A stretch of DNA of 64,000 nt, from assembly GCA_017481725.1 (NCBI GenBank), contig JAFUOX010000055.1:7443-71442 (forward strand), read 5' to 3'. The position numbers and the translations under genes are program-made. Source of the stretch: Kiritimatiellia bacterium. Its GTDB lineage: Bacteria > Verrucomicrobiota > Kiritimatiellia > RFP12 > UBA3636. The notes under the pieces are model-generated. The model saw only the letters and a list, made by a program, of their open reading frames with translations. It had not been told where the DNA came from and did not search any database. Shown here piece by piece: positions 48,133 through 58,259 of the stretch (position 1 is its first letter; each line of letters begins with the position of its first letter).

Positions 48133-49074
48133 TTATTTAGTTATTTCGAATAATGTAGAATTCATTTTTTTTGTGAGAACATCATCGGGAAAATAAATTA
48201 TTAGAGGCTTGATAAAAAAACTTTTAATCCATAATTGTTTAGGTTGAACATGAATAATGGTTGCTCTTTGTCTTCCTTGCATTTGTCTACGCTTGATACA
48301 AGAAAATAACAAAGATAACTTTTTTTTCTTTCGGAAATCCATATAGGATAATTTTGTAAGAACACCCTTTTTAGACGAAATATTAGTAGTAAAATCTTTA
48401 TAGTTATAATCCCCCAAAGCTAATACTATTATTCCGCAAGGAGCAAAAAACATCCAAAAAAAAGTTTGCACTTTTCTAAAGAGATATCTTAAAAAAGAAA
48501 ATGGGTGTTTGTATGTGTTTTGTATGATTTTTTGCTTTAAAAAAATATGGGCATCTAGGATTTTATTATTTTTAATAAAATTTAAAAAAGTTTCAAACTC
48601 TATTTTGTTGAGTATTTTTCTTTCTGTATTTAGATGAATATATAAATTGTTTATGTCTTCGTTAGTTAAAGGATTAGTATTTAATTCCTCATAAATTTTT
48701 ACTATGTTTTTTGCTAATAATGGCATTGTAAATCTTTTATGAGTACTAAATGATGAACTAAGTTTCGGAGGGGGTAAATAAAACCAGTTGAGGTAACTTA
48801 CAATGTGTAACTCAAAAAAACCACATTGGGTATCGTTTTCTTTAAAAAAAAGGTATCGTAGGCCAAATGGAGAATTAACAATTGATAATAAGAAGTTGAG
48901 TTTTTCTGATATTAGTTTAATTGGTTTTTTTGTTTTTCCCCAGTCTGTTTTCTTTATCCAAACATCAACATCCCTACCGATGTTTCCATTATGGTTCCCA
49001 TGAAGAATTGTTACTTCTATATTGTTAATATGTAATATATTTATGATTTTGTTAAATAATTCTAATTTTTCCAT
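48133..49074 (-). CDS. Hypothetical protein with N-terminal nucleotidyltransferase-like motif
   Basis: ILHG....IGRDVDVWI (G-x-DxD) and ELH strand. Assignment is tentative. Confidence 0.5.
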   Translation of the reverse strand: MEKLELFNKIINILHINNIEVTILHGNHNGNIGRDVDVWIKKTDWGKTKKPIKLISEKLNFLLSIVNSPFGLRYLFFKENDTQCGFFELHIVSYLNWFYLPPPKLSSSFSTHKRFTMPLLAKNIVKIYEELNTNPLTNEDINNLYIHLNTERKILNKIEFETFLNFIKNNKILDAHIFLKQKIIQNTYKHPFSFLRYLFRKVQTFFWMFFAPCGIIVLALGDYNYKDFTTNISSKKGVLTKLSYMDFRKKKKLSLLFSCIKRRQMQGRQRATIIHVQPKQLWIKSFFIKPLIIYFPDDVLTKKMNSTLFEITK

Positions 49075-49078
49075 GTTT

Positions 49079-50014
49079 TTAAATTTTTGATTTTATTTTA
49101 TGAAGAAAGAATTTTGGTCGAATTACAAATGCAAAAAAAATAAAAATAATAGTTTGTATATATTTTTTTTCAGCAATTAAATAGCCTATATCATGAAATA
49201 ATTTTTTGCTTAAAACTTTTCTATAATCTTTTATTTTTATTAAAATTGGTCTGTTTTTTTCTAAAGTTTCAAATTCTTCTAAGGATAATTCTTTTTTGTT
49301 GTTCCTTCTACGCACTATGCAGTTTTTTATATATTTTAAATAAAATTGAGAACGGAAGAATTTAGTTGTAGTGACAGACCCAGAGTGAATTCTATATCTA
49401 GTTAAAAATTCGGGTTGTGCTATAACTACATATTTTTCGCTGATTCTATTCCACAAATCAATATCTTGAGCTTGTTTAAATTGTGGACGAAATCTTAAGT
49501 TACTTTCATTAAGCATTGACATTCTAACAATAGAGGCCGGAGAATATAATCCAATGATTTCGTTTGTTCTCATATATTCTGTATAGATTTCTCTTGTTAA
49601 TACATCTAGTTTCCCTTTCCCAAAAATATCTCCTTTTGAATTTATGTATTTAACAAACGAAGATGAGGCACAAACATCTTTGTTTTGATCCATAAATTGA
49701 ACTTGTTTTTCCAGTCTGTTTGGTTCTGCGATATCATCTGCATCTATCATTAAACAGTAATCTGTTTTTACAATATCTAGTGCAGAGTTGCAGGCCATAG
49801 ATCTACCTAAATTTTCTTTGTGTTTAATTATTGTTATTAATTTAGGATGTTGTTTCTTATATTCTTCTAGGATGAAAATTGTTCTATCTGTAGAACAGTC
49901 GTCAACAATGATAATTTGCTCAGGTAAAACAGTTTGGGATAGAATACTATCAATAGTTTTTGCAATTAATTTCTCACCATTATAAACTGGAATTATAAAA
50001 GTTGCTGTAGACAT
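49079..50014 (-). CDS. Glycosyltransferase family 2
   Basis: IPVYNGE, VDDCSTD, NLG, IDADD, RLEKQ, QDIDLW. Confidence 0.92.
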   Translation of the reverse strand: MSTATFIIPVYNGEKLIAKTIDSILSQTVLPEQIIIVDDCSTDRTIFILEEYKKQHPKLITIIKHKENLGRSMACNSALDIVKTDYCLMIDADDIAEPNRLEKQVQFMDQNKDVCASSSFVKYINSKGDIFGKGKLDVLTREIYTEYMRTNEIIGLYSPASIVRMSMLNESNLRFRPQFKQAQDIDLWNRISEKYVVIAQPEFLTRYRIHSGSVTTTKFFRSQFYLKYIKNCIVRRRNNKKELSLEEFETLEKNRPILIKIKDYRKVLSKKLFHDIGYLIAEKKYIQTIIFIFFAFVIRPKFFLHKIKSKI

Positions 50015-51108
50015 TATGATTTTCCTTTTCTATTGAATGGATTAATAGCTAACATTTTTTCTTGAAAAAATGCCGAAATATGTGTTTTATATAAATAACA
50101 AAACAATATTAGGAAAAAAAACAAAACAATTATTGCGATAATGTTGATTAGGCAATGTTCTTGTAGATTAAAAAAAAGAAGAACAAAACGTAGGGTTCTA
50201 AGAGAAATTTGATGTAAAAGGAAAAATGGCAAAGAAATAGAGCTTAAGAAAACAATAATTTTGTGTTGACTAAGGTTATAAAATAAACCTTTTCTAGTTA
50301 TTGCAAGGAGATAAACAACGAATGCCGTAAATGGTGTAAACATTGTTTTTGTTGCAACTATCATATATAAAAATGGAAATTGAGTTTTTAAAATAACAAT
50401 ACAAAAAATTAGTAAAAAAGAAGTGAAAATCAAAATATCAATATTGTGTGACTTCGTTTTTCCGTATGGTAATAAATAGATTGCTATATATATGCCTAAT
50501 AAAAATTCATAAACACGATAAAGAGGAAATGAATAGAAAAAAGTATAAAGGAAGTCGGAATAAAAAAATGGCGAAAAGAAAAATGGTATAAGATACATAA
50601 TAAAGATAAAAAGTAAAGAATATGTTTTCCCAAGAGTATTTATTAAATTTAATAATAAAGGGAAAAATAAATAGGCAAAACACAATGTAGAAAGGAACCA
50701 GCACACGCCTGAGAAATTTGATAAAGGGAAGTAGCTTTGAAGCAAAAGTAAATTTATAGGTACAGAAAACCAATTTACTCTGTCACTTAAAGATCCTAAC
50801 AAAGCAAACGGAATCCCAATAATTGTTATTAATAGTGCAAGAGGATAAAATTTAGCAAGTCTTATCCAAAAAGAATAAAGATGAAATAGTAACCCTCTCT
50901 TTGTAGCGTTTTTATGATTGTGAGCCATAACAAGGCCTGAAATAATAAAGAAAATACTTACAGGTATAGCACCAATATCAGTAAAAACACCACTTATTTT
51001 ATAGTAATCTCTGAAATTTTTTATACTAGGAACAATAGGGGTATGGCAAATAAAAACCATAATCATTGATATTGCTCTTAAAAGATTTAAGCCGTGTAAT
51101 TTATTCAT
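50014..51108 (-). CDS. Acyltransferase_3 (OafA-like O-acyltransferase)
   Basis: LNLLRAI, H, FFIISG, RLAKFYP, WFLS, FFLLHQ, multiple TM helices. Confidence 0.88.
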   Translation of the reverse strand: MNKLHGLNLLRAISMIMVFICHTPIVPSIKNFRDYYKISGVFTDIGAIPVSIFFIISGLVMAHNHKNATKRGLLFHLYSFWIRLAKFYPLALLITIIGIPFALLGSLSDRVNWFSVPINLLLLQSYFPLSNFSGVCWFLSTLCFAYLFFPLLLNLINTLGKTYSLLFIFIMYLIPFFFSPFFYSDFLYTFFYSFPLYRVYEFLLGIYIAIYLLPYGKTKSHNIDILIFTSFLLIFCIVILKTQFPFLYMIVATKTMFTPFTAFVVYLLAITRKGLFYNLSQHKIIVFLSSISLPFFLLHQISLRTLRFVLLFFNLQEHCLINIIAIIVLFFFLILFCYLYKTHISAFFQEKMLAINPFNRKGKS

Positions 51109-51115
51109 ATTTAAT

Positions 51116-51742
51116 TCATCTAGGTATATCGGTTGTTGAAATATTTATATTTTTTAAAAGCTGATTAATAATCTCATCTGGCGAGGCTTCTGCATTTTGA
51201 ATAATTAGCCTTTTAATGAGATTATGTTTGGTTAGTAAATCTTGGTATTGTTCAATTTCCGTTTTTGAAAGTTCTGGCTTTCGAGAAATAATTACCTCAG
51301 GTGCAGCAACTAACGCAATTGTTGTATGTGGCAGAGGAGTCATTCCAATAAAAAGTTTTAATATCCATTTAGGAAGTTTTAGTCGAAAGCGAGTAGGATC
51401 GAGAAAAATGTCATATGCATACCGATCTGCAATTACTAGACGATTTTTTCTTAAATTTGGCTTAATTATAAAGATGTAGCCGTATATGTAACATAAATAA
51501 TGATAAAAAAGAAATGCGAGGCTTGCAATAGGATTTCTTATTGATTTTCCTCTTGGATTTTGTGCAGCAGAAGAAGGGACACGATTAAAACAAATTTCTT
51601 TTTTTATTGGTTTCCAATGGAAATATAGATATTCATGGAAGTTATTTTCTTCCATAAGTTTAGGAATTGTTTTATTTATAATTGTACTTTTCCCAACGCC
51701 ATCAGCGCCTTCAAAACAAATAAATAGTCCTTTTTTATTCAT
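51116..51742 (-). CDS. Thymidylate kinase-like P-loop kinase (polysaccharide-locus type)
   Basis: EGADGVGKST, HWKP, IADRYAYD, DPTR.R, RKPEL. Confidence 0.8.
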   Translation of the reverse strand: MNKKGLFICFEGADGVGKSTIINKTIPKLMEENNFHEYLYFHWKPIKKEICFNRVPSSAAQNPRGKSIRNPIASLAFLFYHYLCYIYGYIFIIKPNLRKNRLVIADRYAYDIFLDPTRFRLKLPKWILKLFIGMTPLPHTTIALVAAPEVIISRKPELSKTEIEQYQDLLTKHNLIKRLIIQNAEASPDEIINQLLKNINISTTDIPR

Positions 51743-51748
51743 GTCGTA

Positions 51749-51778
51749 ATTGTAATAAAATGATTCGTATTATGTCAA
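51749..51778 (-). promoter_or_regulatory. Internal sigma70 promoter, probably producing a leaderless mRNA
   Basis: TTGACA-18-TACAAT, with the -10 element 6 nt before the ATG at 51742. Confidence 0.55.
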
Positions 51779-51808
51779 TTTAAATGGTCTAGATGTAGAA
51801 GAATAAGT

Positions 51809-52579
51809 TTATTCATTGGAAACAAAATCTTGCATCCATTTACATTTTGATATGGTTGTTTTTACAAATTCATCAATCCTGTCCTCAGGAATTTTGTTAA
51901 CCAATGTTCCAATGCGTTTAATTGCATATATTAAATCGTATGAAGAATCGTCTTTTTCTTCTGCCCATTCCCAGTCGATGGCAACTAATTCTCCAAAATC
52001 GGTTTCTCTAAGATTCCACGGAGCAAAATCGCCATGAATAATCTTATGTTTTCGCCATTCAAGAAGTAATTCGTGAATTCGCTTGTCTTCGATAGATATG
52101 TTTTTTGCTTTTTTGTAATAAGGCATTTCAAAATAAAAAACTTTATCTATTTCTGCAGAAGATATAACTTTAGGGATACCTAGAATCCCATTAAATTTGG
52201 AAATATTATCAAATTCTTTCTGAATAGATGTTTTCTTATCAATAGTTGTGGCTTTAATTATTGAGAACTTTGAGCCATCTCGTTTTACTGCAATAACTCT
52301 ATCTCCATGATCTGGATTACATACTAAAAATCCTAAACAGCCTTTCTGAAAATCTTTATTAAATATTTTGCAAAGCTCTGCAGCAACACCACTTAGAGTG
52401 TGTTGCTTTAATAGTGGTTTAACAAAATTTAATCGAATGGCTATGCTTAAAATGTGGTATACAAGCTTAGCCTTAGTTGTTTGAGGGAGATATGTTTGTA
52501 GTGTTTTTAATGCTACTTTTTTGTCTGTTGGCAAAAGAAGTAGTGGAACCCCATGTCTTTTAAATACGTACAGATTCAT
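51809..52579 (-). CDS. APH/choline-kinase-like phosphotransferase
   Basis: IIK, E helix, HGDFAPWN, IDWE. Confidence 0.8.
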   Translation of the reverse strand: MNLYVFKRHGVPLLLLPTDKKVALKTLQTYLPQTTKAKLVYHILSIAIRLNFVKPLLKQHTLSGVAAELCKIFNKDFQKGCLGFLVCNPDHGDRVIAVKRDGSKFSIIKATTIDKKTSIQKEFDNISKFNGILGIPKVISSAEIDKVFYFEMPYYKKAKNISIEDKRIHELLLEWRKHKIIHGDFAPWNLRETDFGELVAIDWEWAEEKDDSSYDLIYAIKRIGTLVNKIPEDRIDEFVKTTISKCKWMQDFVSNE

Positions 52580-52586
52580 ACTCTTC

Positions 52587-53423
52587 CTATTTGTAGAATA
52601 TTCTGCGTATGATTTTAAAAAATTGTCTCAAAAAGTACCTGGCAAAGTTTTTATGTATATTTACATACAATAGCCAAAATTTTTCTCCAAATGGAATTTT
52701 GGGAGCATATAGGTGCTGAACGCGTAGGCGTTCTTGATAGCGTCGTTCTGCAAATACTTCTGATACATTGTTTTCGTGCCATGCAAAACAAGCTAGCGTT
52801 TTTGGTATAAAGCCAAATTTGCAACCAAGCTTATAAAATCTACACCAATATTCAAAGTCCATTGTTACCTTGTAATGGATATCAAGTGGACCGACTTTTT
52901 CAAAGGCATTTCTTGCCCAAAATGTGCCAGCTGATGGAATATAGCATCCATGATATAGTAAAATATATCCGCAAAATATGTGATTATATTTCTTTTTTAT
53001 GAATTTACCATCTTTATCAACAAATTCAATCTCTCCATATACGATATCTTTTTTAGGATGAGACGTGAAATAATCAGATATGGTTTTCAATGTGCCTTCT
53101 TTATATATTTCATCTGCATTGAGCCAACACATAATTTCACCAGTGGAGCGTAATAGTCCTTTATTGATAGCATCAGTTTGTCCGCGATCCTTTTCGGATA
53201 CCCAAGAAAAAGAGTAGCGAGCTTTTCTTTCTTCTGGAATTGTGGCAATAAAGTTATCCCACTCCTGCATGTATTTGACGCTATTGTCTGTTGAACCACC
53301 ATCAATTACAATGTGTTCTACAATAGGAGAGTCCTCTGCCTCTGTTTGGGCAAAAACATTCTTTATGGCTTTGATTAAAAAATCGCCGTAGTTATAGTTA
53401 GGAGTTACAATTGAAATTTTCAT
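52587..53423 (-). CDS. Glycosyltransferase family 2 (WcaE-like)
   Basis: IVTPNYN, DGGSTD, EKDRGQTDAINKG, WLNADE. Confidence 0.92.
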   Translation of the reverse strand: MKISIVTPNYNYGDFLIKAIKNVFAQTEAEDSPIVEHIVIDGGSTDNSVKYMQEWDNFIATIPEERKARYSFSWVSEKDRGQTDAINKGLLRSTGEIMCWLNADEIYKEGTLKTISDYFTSHPKKDIVYGEIEFVDKDGKFIKKKYNHIFCGYILLYHGCYIPSAGTFWARNAFEKVGPLDIHYKVTMDFEYWCRFYKLGCKFGFIPKTLACFAWHENNVSEVFAERRYQERLRVQHLYAPKIPFGEKFWLLYVNIHKNFARYFLRQFFKIIRRIFYK

Positions 53424-53474
53424 AAAATGGATTAAAAGATAATATGTGTTTTTAGAAATTTTATTTTTAACATC

Positions 53475-53546
53475 ATTATATTAAAAAATTGGTCTTTGGT
53501 CAAACGATAATTGCTTGTTGAAAAAAAAATACAGATTTGGTAATAT
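53475..53546. promoter_or_regulatory. Divergent sigma70 promoters of the glycan locus
   Basis: Minus: TTGACC-17-TATAAT (53503-53475). Plus: TTGAAA-17-TAATAT (53518-53546). Confidence 0.55.
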
Positions 53547-53592
53547 TTTGCTAAAAATCATTAGTTAACTCTTATTTCGGTTGCAAACTACA

Positions 53593-54990
53593 ATGAAAGC
53601 AAATTTATCCTCCATTCAGACAAAAATAATGCCAATTATTTTTGGATTGGCATTATTTGCCATCGCTTTTTTAGCTGTCAAGGGAATGGTATATGGCAAT
53701 GTTACAAATGTTAAATTGCTAGTAGCAATGGTTGTTGCTATAGGTGTGGTATTACTGCTTGATAAAAATTATTGGATGCTATGTCCGATATTGGTGGTTG
53801 TTTCACTTAGAATACCTGGATTGCCTTTTTCTTCTGCGGAATTAGGGTGTCTTGCTCTAATAGGAATGTTTCTTTTACGTTCCTCAATGCATATGGATCG
53901 AGTGACTCCACTAAAAAAAGAAGTTATTTTTGCTGCCCCGTATTTTTTTTGGGTGTGTGTAGTTTGGTGCTTGAACCCTACGGGAATGCATATCTTTGGC
54001 TCAAATACAATTGGAGGTAGGTTCTATTTTAAAATAGTATTAGCATTTGCTACTCTTTGTGTTTTATCTCGAATTATAACATCAGAACGACAATGTAAAG
54101 TTATATTTTGGTCAATAATAATTGGAAATTTTATTAGTATTTTGTTTAGTTTGAGTTCTTTCGGTGTAGATGCACTTCAAGAGTCAATTGAAACGGATGC
54201 AAATACAAAGTATTATTTGGAAACTTTTGGGAATATTTTGTTGCTTTTACTTTGTCATTACAGAATAGGCGAATTTATAAAATTAAGTTGGAAATTTTTT
54301 GTTGCAGTAATTTTATTTCTCACTGTCGCATATGCTGGACGTAGAACAATGATGGGGCGTGTCCTTATAACGCCATTTATTCTAATGTTTTTCAAGGGTA
54401 AGGATAAAATTAAAACAATCGTAATTGCACTATTTGCATGTTTTATTCTTGGTTTTGTACTAGTTGGACAGGGTAGAGTATATGAGTTGCCATATTCTAT
54501 GCAACGTGCGATGAGTTTTTTGCCTGCGAAATGGGATTCTAGATTTGATAACTACGGAACAAAAGATTTGTTTAGAGAGGAGTTGCATAAACGAGCAAAA
54601 GAAAGAATTAAAGAAAGTCCGTTGTTCGGCAGGAAAGGTTTTTCGATGGATTTAAGGGATACGCTATGGATTAATTCACGAGATGTAGCAGTAAACTATG
54701 AGGGACATGAATATGCAGGCAATTGGCACAATAAATTTTGGGGGATGGGTGCAGATTTTGGACTTCCAGCGTCTTTTGCTTGGTACTTTTTCTCTATTTC
54801 CACTGTTTTAATTTGTTGGAAACGACGCTATTGGACAAAATTTGGAACATTTCGAAATACGTTGTTTTTGTATTATTCTTTATTTATGGTTTATGATTTA
54901 ATTTTTGCCTATGGTCATAGTGCAGTAACACCTTTTGGTCAATGGATTAATTTTGCAATGTTGTTAGCATTATTTAATAAGAATGATTAA
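53593..54990 (+). CDS. Wzy/O-antigen ligase-like membrane protein
   Basis: About 11 TM helices, AGRR, large periplasmic loop, GNWHN...FGLP. Confidence 0.7.
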   Translation: MKANLSSIQTKIMPIIFGLALFAIAFLAVKGMVYGNVTNVKLLVAMVVAIGVVLLLDKNYWMLCPILVVVSLRIPGLPFSSAELGCLALIGMFLLRSSMHMDRVTPLKKEVIFAAPYFFWVCVVWCLNPTGMHIFGSNTIGGRFYFKIVLAFATLCVLSRIITSERQCKVIFWSIIIGNFISILFSLSSFGVDALQESIETDANTKYYLETFGNILLLLLCHYRIGEFIKLSWKFFVAVILFLTVAYAGRRTMMGRVLITPFILMFFKGKDKIKTIVIALFACFILGFVLVGQGRVYELPYSMQRAMSFLPAKWDSRFDNYGTKDLFREELHKRAKERIKESPLFGRKGFSMDLRDTLWINSRDVAVNYEGHEYAGNWHNKFWGMGADFGLPASFAWYFFSISTVLICWKRRYWTKFGTFRNTLFLYYSLFMVYDLIFAYGHSAVTPFGQWINFAMLLALFNKND

Positions 54991-55014
54991 TTTTAAAAAG
55001 AGGATTTGTAATTC

Positions 55015-56217
55015 ATGAAAGTTTTATGGTTTTCTCCAACACCATCATGTTATATGAAAAATGCAAGAGGTTATAATGGTGGTGGGTGGATTAGTTCACT
55101 GGAAAAGCAAATTAAGAGTAAAGATGGTATTAAATTAGCAATTGCTTTTTTTCATAATGATGAAGCATTTAAAATAGAAAAAGAAGGAGTAGTATATTAT
55201 CCAATTAGGCGAAATAAATCTTTTGTTTCACGGTTGTTACGCTTTTCCTTTTTTAAAAGGGAAGATAAAAAAGATTTAGAACTATTGAAAAAAATAGTTG
55301 ACGACTTCAATCCAGATTTGATTCATATCTGGGGAACCGAAAACTCTTTAGGATTAGTCGCTTCGTATAAACAAATACCAACAATATTTCATTTACAAGG
55401 TTTAATGTCTCCTTGTCTTAATGCTTGGTTACCTCCAAATTATTCTCTTTTTGATTATTTTATTTCTCAGGGGTTATCACCAATAAAGATTTTGTTTCGT
55501 ATTCGTGCTTATTTGTTTAATAAGCATGCTGCAAAAAGGGAAATAGAGATACTAAAAAAGGCAAACGCAATAATGGGAAGAACGGAATGGGATAAGGCTT
55601 ATTCATCTTTATATGCTCCGCAAGCTATGTATTTCCATTGTCAAGAAATACTACGTGATATTTTTTATAAAAAGGAAGAAAGAAAACTTGGGAAGAAACC
55701 TATAATTGTTTCAACATTATCTGGCCCCTTGTATAAAGGACATGATATGGTTTTAAAAACGGCTAAGGTTTTAAAAGAAATCGGTCTAACAGATTTTGAA
55801 TGGAGAGTTTTTGGCGTTAATAATCTCCGTTTTGCAGAGAAAAAAACAAAAATAAAGACTCAAGACGTTAATGTTAAGGCATGTGGAGTTGTTTCTGCAG
55901 AATCACTGAAGCAAGAACTGTTACAAAGCACTGCTTATGTTCATACTTCTTACATTGACAACAGTCCTAATAGTGTTTGTGAAGCCTTGCTAGTTGGAGT
56001 TCCTGTTGTTGCTACAAATGTTGGAGGAGTTTCTTCAATCGTGAAAGATAAACATAATGGTTTCTTAGTGCCAGCTAATGATCCATTTGCAGCAGCTTCA
56101 AAAATACTAAAAATTATAAATAATGATTTTAATTTTGATTTTACAAATAACATAAAAAAAGTCAATGAAATAGCTGAAAATGTGCTTTCTATTTATAAAT
56201 CATTAATTTCTATTTAA
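55015..56217 (+). CDS. Glycosyltransferase family 4
   Basis: GGGWI, IHIWGTE, SYIDNSPNSVCEA, TNVGG. Confidence 0.9.
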   Translation: MKVLWFSPTPSCYMKNARGYNGGGWISSLEKQIKSKDGIKLAIAFFHNDEAFKIEKEGVVYYPIRRNKSFVSRLLRFSFFKREDKKDLELLKKIVDDFNPDLIHIWGTENSLGLVASYKQIPTIFHLQGLMSPCLNAWLPPNYSLFDYFISQGLSPIKILFRIRAYLFNKHAAKREIEILKKANAIMGRTEWDKAYSSLYAPQAMYFHCQEILRDIFYKKEERKLGKKPIIVSTLSGPLYKGHDMVLKTAKVLKEIGLTDFEWRVFGVNNLRFAEKKTKIKTQDVNVKACGVVSAESLKQELLQSTAYVHTSYIDNSPNSVCEALLVGVPVVATNVGGVSSIVKDKHNGFLVPANDPFAAASKILKIINNDFNFDFTNNIKKVNEIAENVLSIYKSLISI

Positions 56218-56229
56218 TAAGGAAAGTTT

Positions 56230-57315
56230 ATGTCTCAAAATAAAAAAGTACCACGAAAAATGTTTCTTTATCTCAATGTTTTATTCAAAATATTTTTCCG
56301 AATAAAACCTTGTGCATATTTCATCGCAGCAACTTCAAATAATAATTTAGGGGATAATGCTCAATTAATGTGCATAGAAAAATGGATTAAAGAAAACTAT
56401 CCACCATTAAAAATTATACGCATACCAATATCTGTAATGGGATGTGACGTTGCCCTTGTTAGGGGATGGTTGAGAAACGCTTTAATATCGTGGATTTTGA
56501 TTAATTGTATTAGAATTACACAAAGAAAAGGTGATGTTTTCTTTGGTAATAGTGGGTATCACTTTGTTGACCATAGTTCTTGTTGGTTAGCATTTTGTAG
56601 GATAGCAACATCATGTAGAAAAACACCTTTAGTAATATTTCCTGTTACTATTAACTTTTTTAATAAATGGGTAGGTATGAGAGCTTCAAAGGAGCTTAAC
56701 TCTTGTGATAACGTTACAATTTTGTGCCGAGATAAAGTGTCGTACACTAACGCTAAAGAATTGTTTAATAGATGTCGTATTTTGTTGTTTCCCGATATTG
56801 TTACATCTATGATTGGTACATGTCAATTACCAAAGGTTCAAGAAAAGAAAGGCTTCTTTTTTTGTTTACGAAATGATGGAGAAGAGTTTTATTCTCAAAG
56901 CGATTTATTTTCTCTTTCTGAGCGTCTTAAATCCATCGATGAGGTGACTTTCGGTGATACACAACCATTGTATAATCAGGTATGCTCTGATGAAAATCGT
57001 GAAAAACTTATTGGTGAATTCATTGAATTTTTATCAAAATTTAAGGTGATAGTTACAGATAGATACCATGGTACAATTTTTTCTGTAATTTCGTCGACTC
57101 CTGTTGTTGTTGTATCTTCAATAGACCACAAATTAAGTAGTGGAGTTAAATGGTATCCAGAAACTTTTTCCAAAAGAGTTGTTTTTGCTGAAAATCTTTC
57201 AGATGCATATGAATTAGCCTTAACATTTTATAATCAAGGGATTTTAACTTCACCAGAATCGTATTTTAAGAATAATTATTATGATAAATTAAAGAATTTA
57301 ATTGAAGAGAATTAA
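56230..57315 (+). CDS. Polysaccharide pyruvyltransferase family protein
   Basis: NLGD, CRDKVS, PDIV, LRND.E, VTDRYHG, HK. Confidence 0.85.
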   Translation: MSQNKKVPRKMFLYLNVLFKIFFRIKPCAYFIAATSNNNLGDNAQLMCIEKWIKENYPPLKIIRIPISVMGCDVALVRGWLRNALISWILINCIRITQRKGDVFFGNSGYHFVDHSSCWLAFCRIATSCRKTPLVIFPVTINFFNKWVGMRASKELNSCDNVTILCRDKVSYTNAKELFNRCRILLFPDIVTSMIGTCQLPKVQEKKGFFFCLRNDGEEFYSQSDLFSLSERLKSIDEVTFGDTQPLYNQVCSDENREKLIGEFIEFLSKFKVIVTDRYHGTIFSVISSTPVVVVSSIDHKLSSGVKWYPETFSKRVVFAENLSDAYELALTFYNQGILTSPESYFKNNYYDKLKNLIEEN

Positions 57316-57340
57316 AATTAAGTATTTTTGGAGATTTTGT

Positions 57341-58225
57341 ATGTCTTTATGTAGAACACTTAAAAATATAGTGAAAAGAATTTGTGATAGACGTCCTAAA
57401 ATTGAAGCAAAAATTGTATCTTTAGCTAAAAATGAATTGCTAAAGGATAGGGTTATTCTTATTACAGGAGGTTCTTCTGGTATAGGATATAGTATAGCAA
57501 AAGCTTTTCTAAATTCAGGTTCTTTTGTTATAATTACAGGACGGAATCAACAAAAATTGCAACTTGCGTTAGAACAATTAGCTCGTGAAACAAATTCAAA
57601 TAGAATTATTTGTCAAGTGTTTGATAATATTGATTATCCTAAATTTCAATCGGTCGTAGATCAAATAAATTCAGAGTTAGAAAAAAAAGGTGAAAAAAAA
57701 ATTGATGGGTTTGTAAATAATGCCGGTATTAATTCTACAGAAGTATTCCCCAATTTTACATCGGAAAAATATGATGAGATAATGACTGTTGACTTAAAAA
57801 GTGTCATTTTTATGACACAAGCATTTGGTAAATATATGGTTGCAAATAAAATTAAAGGAAATATTTTAAATATCAATTCAGTGTCTTGTATCCGACCTAA
57901 TAACACAATATATGGAATTGCAAAAAGAGGTGTATTAGGAATAACGTTAGGTGCAGCAAAATCACTTGCTCCTTTCGGAATTGTAGTAAACGGGATTGCT
58001 CCTGGTCCAGTTGCGACTGGTATGATGAATAAAAATATAAATGACGAGATAACATTGAATAGAGTTTTACTTGGTAGATATATTTTACCAGAAGAAATAG
58101 CAAATATGGCTGTCTTTTTAGTTTCAGAAATGGGTAACTCAATGATAGGAGAAACAATTTTTATGACGGCTGGAGCGGGTCGCTTGACATTAGACGATGT
58201 TTCATATGATTATAATTTAAATTAA
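57341..58225 (+). CDS. SDR family oxidoreductase
   Basis: TGGSSGIG, NNAG, YGIAK, NGIAPG. Track start 57302 TTG. Confidence 0.9.
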   Translation: MSLCRTLKNIVKRICDRRPKIEAKIVSLAKNELLKDRVILITGGSSGIGYSIAKAFLNSGSFVIITGRNQQKLQLALEQLARETNSNRIICQVFDNIDYPKFQSVVDQINSELEKKGEKKIDGFVNNAGINSTEVFPNFTSEKYDEIMTVDLKSVIFMTQAFGKYMVANKIKGNILNINSVSCIRPNNTIYGIAKRGVLGITLGAAKSLAPFGIVVNGIAPGPVATGMMNKNINDEITLNRVLLGRYILPEEIANMAVFLVSEMGNSMIGETIFMTAGAGRLTLDDVSYDYNLN

Positions 58226-58259
58226 TTATTTTAGTGTTTGTTTTTTTAAGGAATATGTT

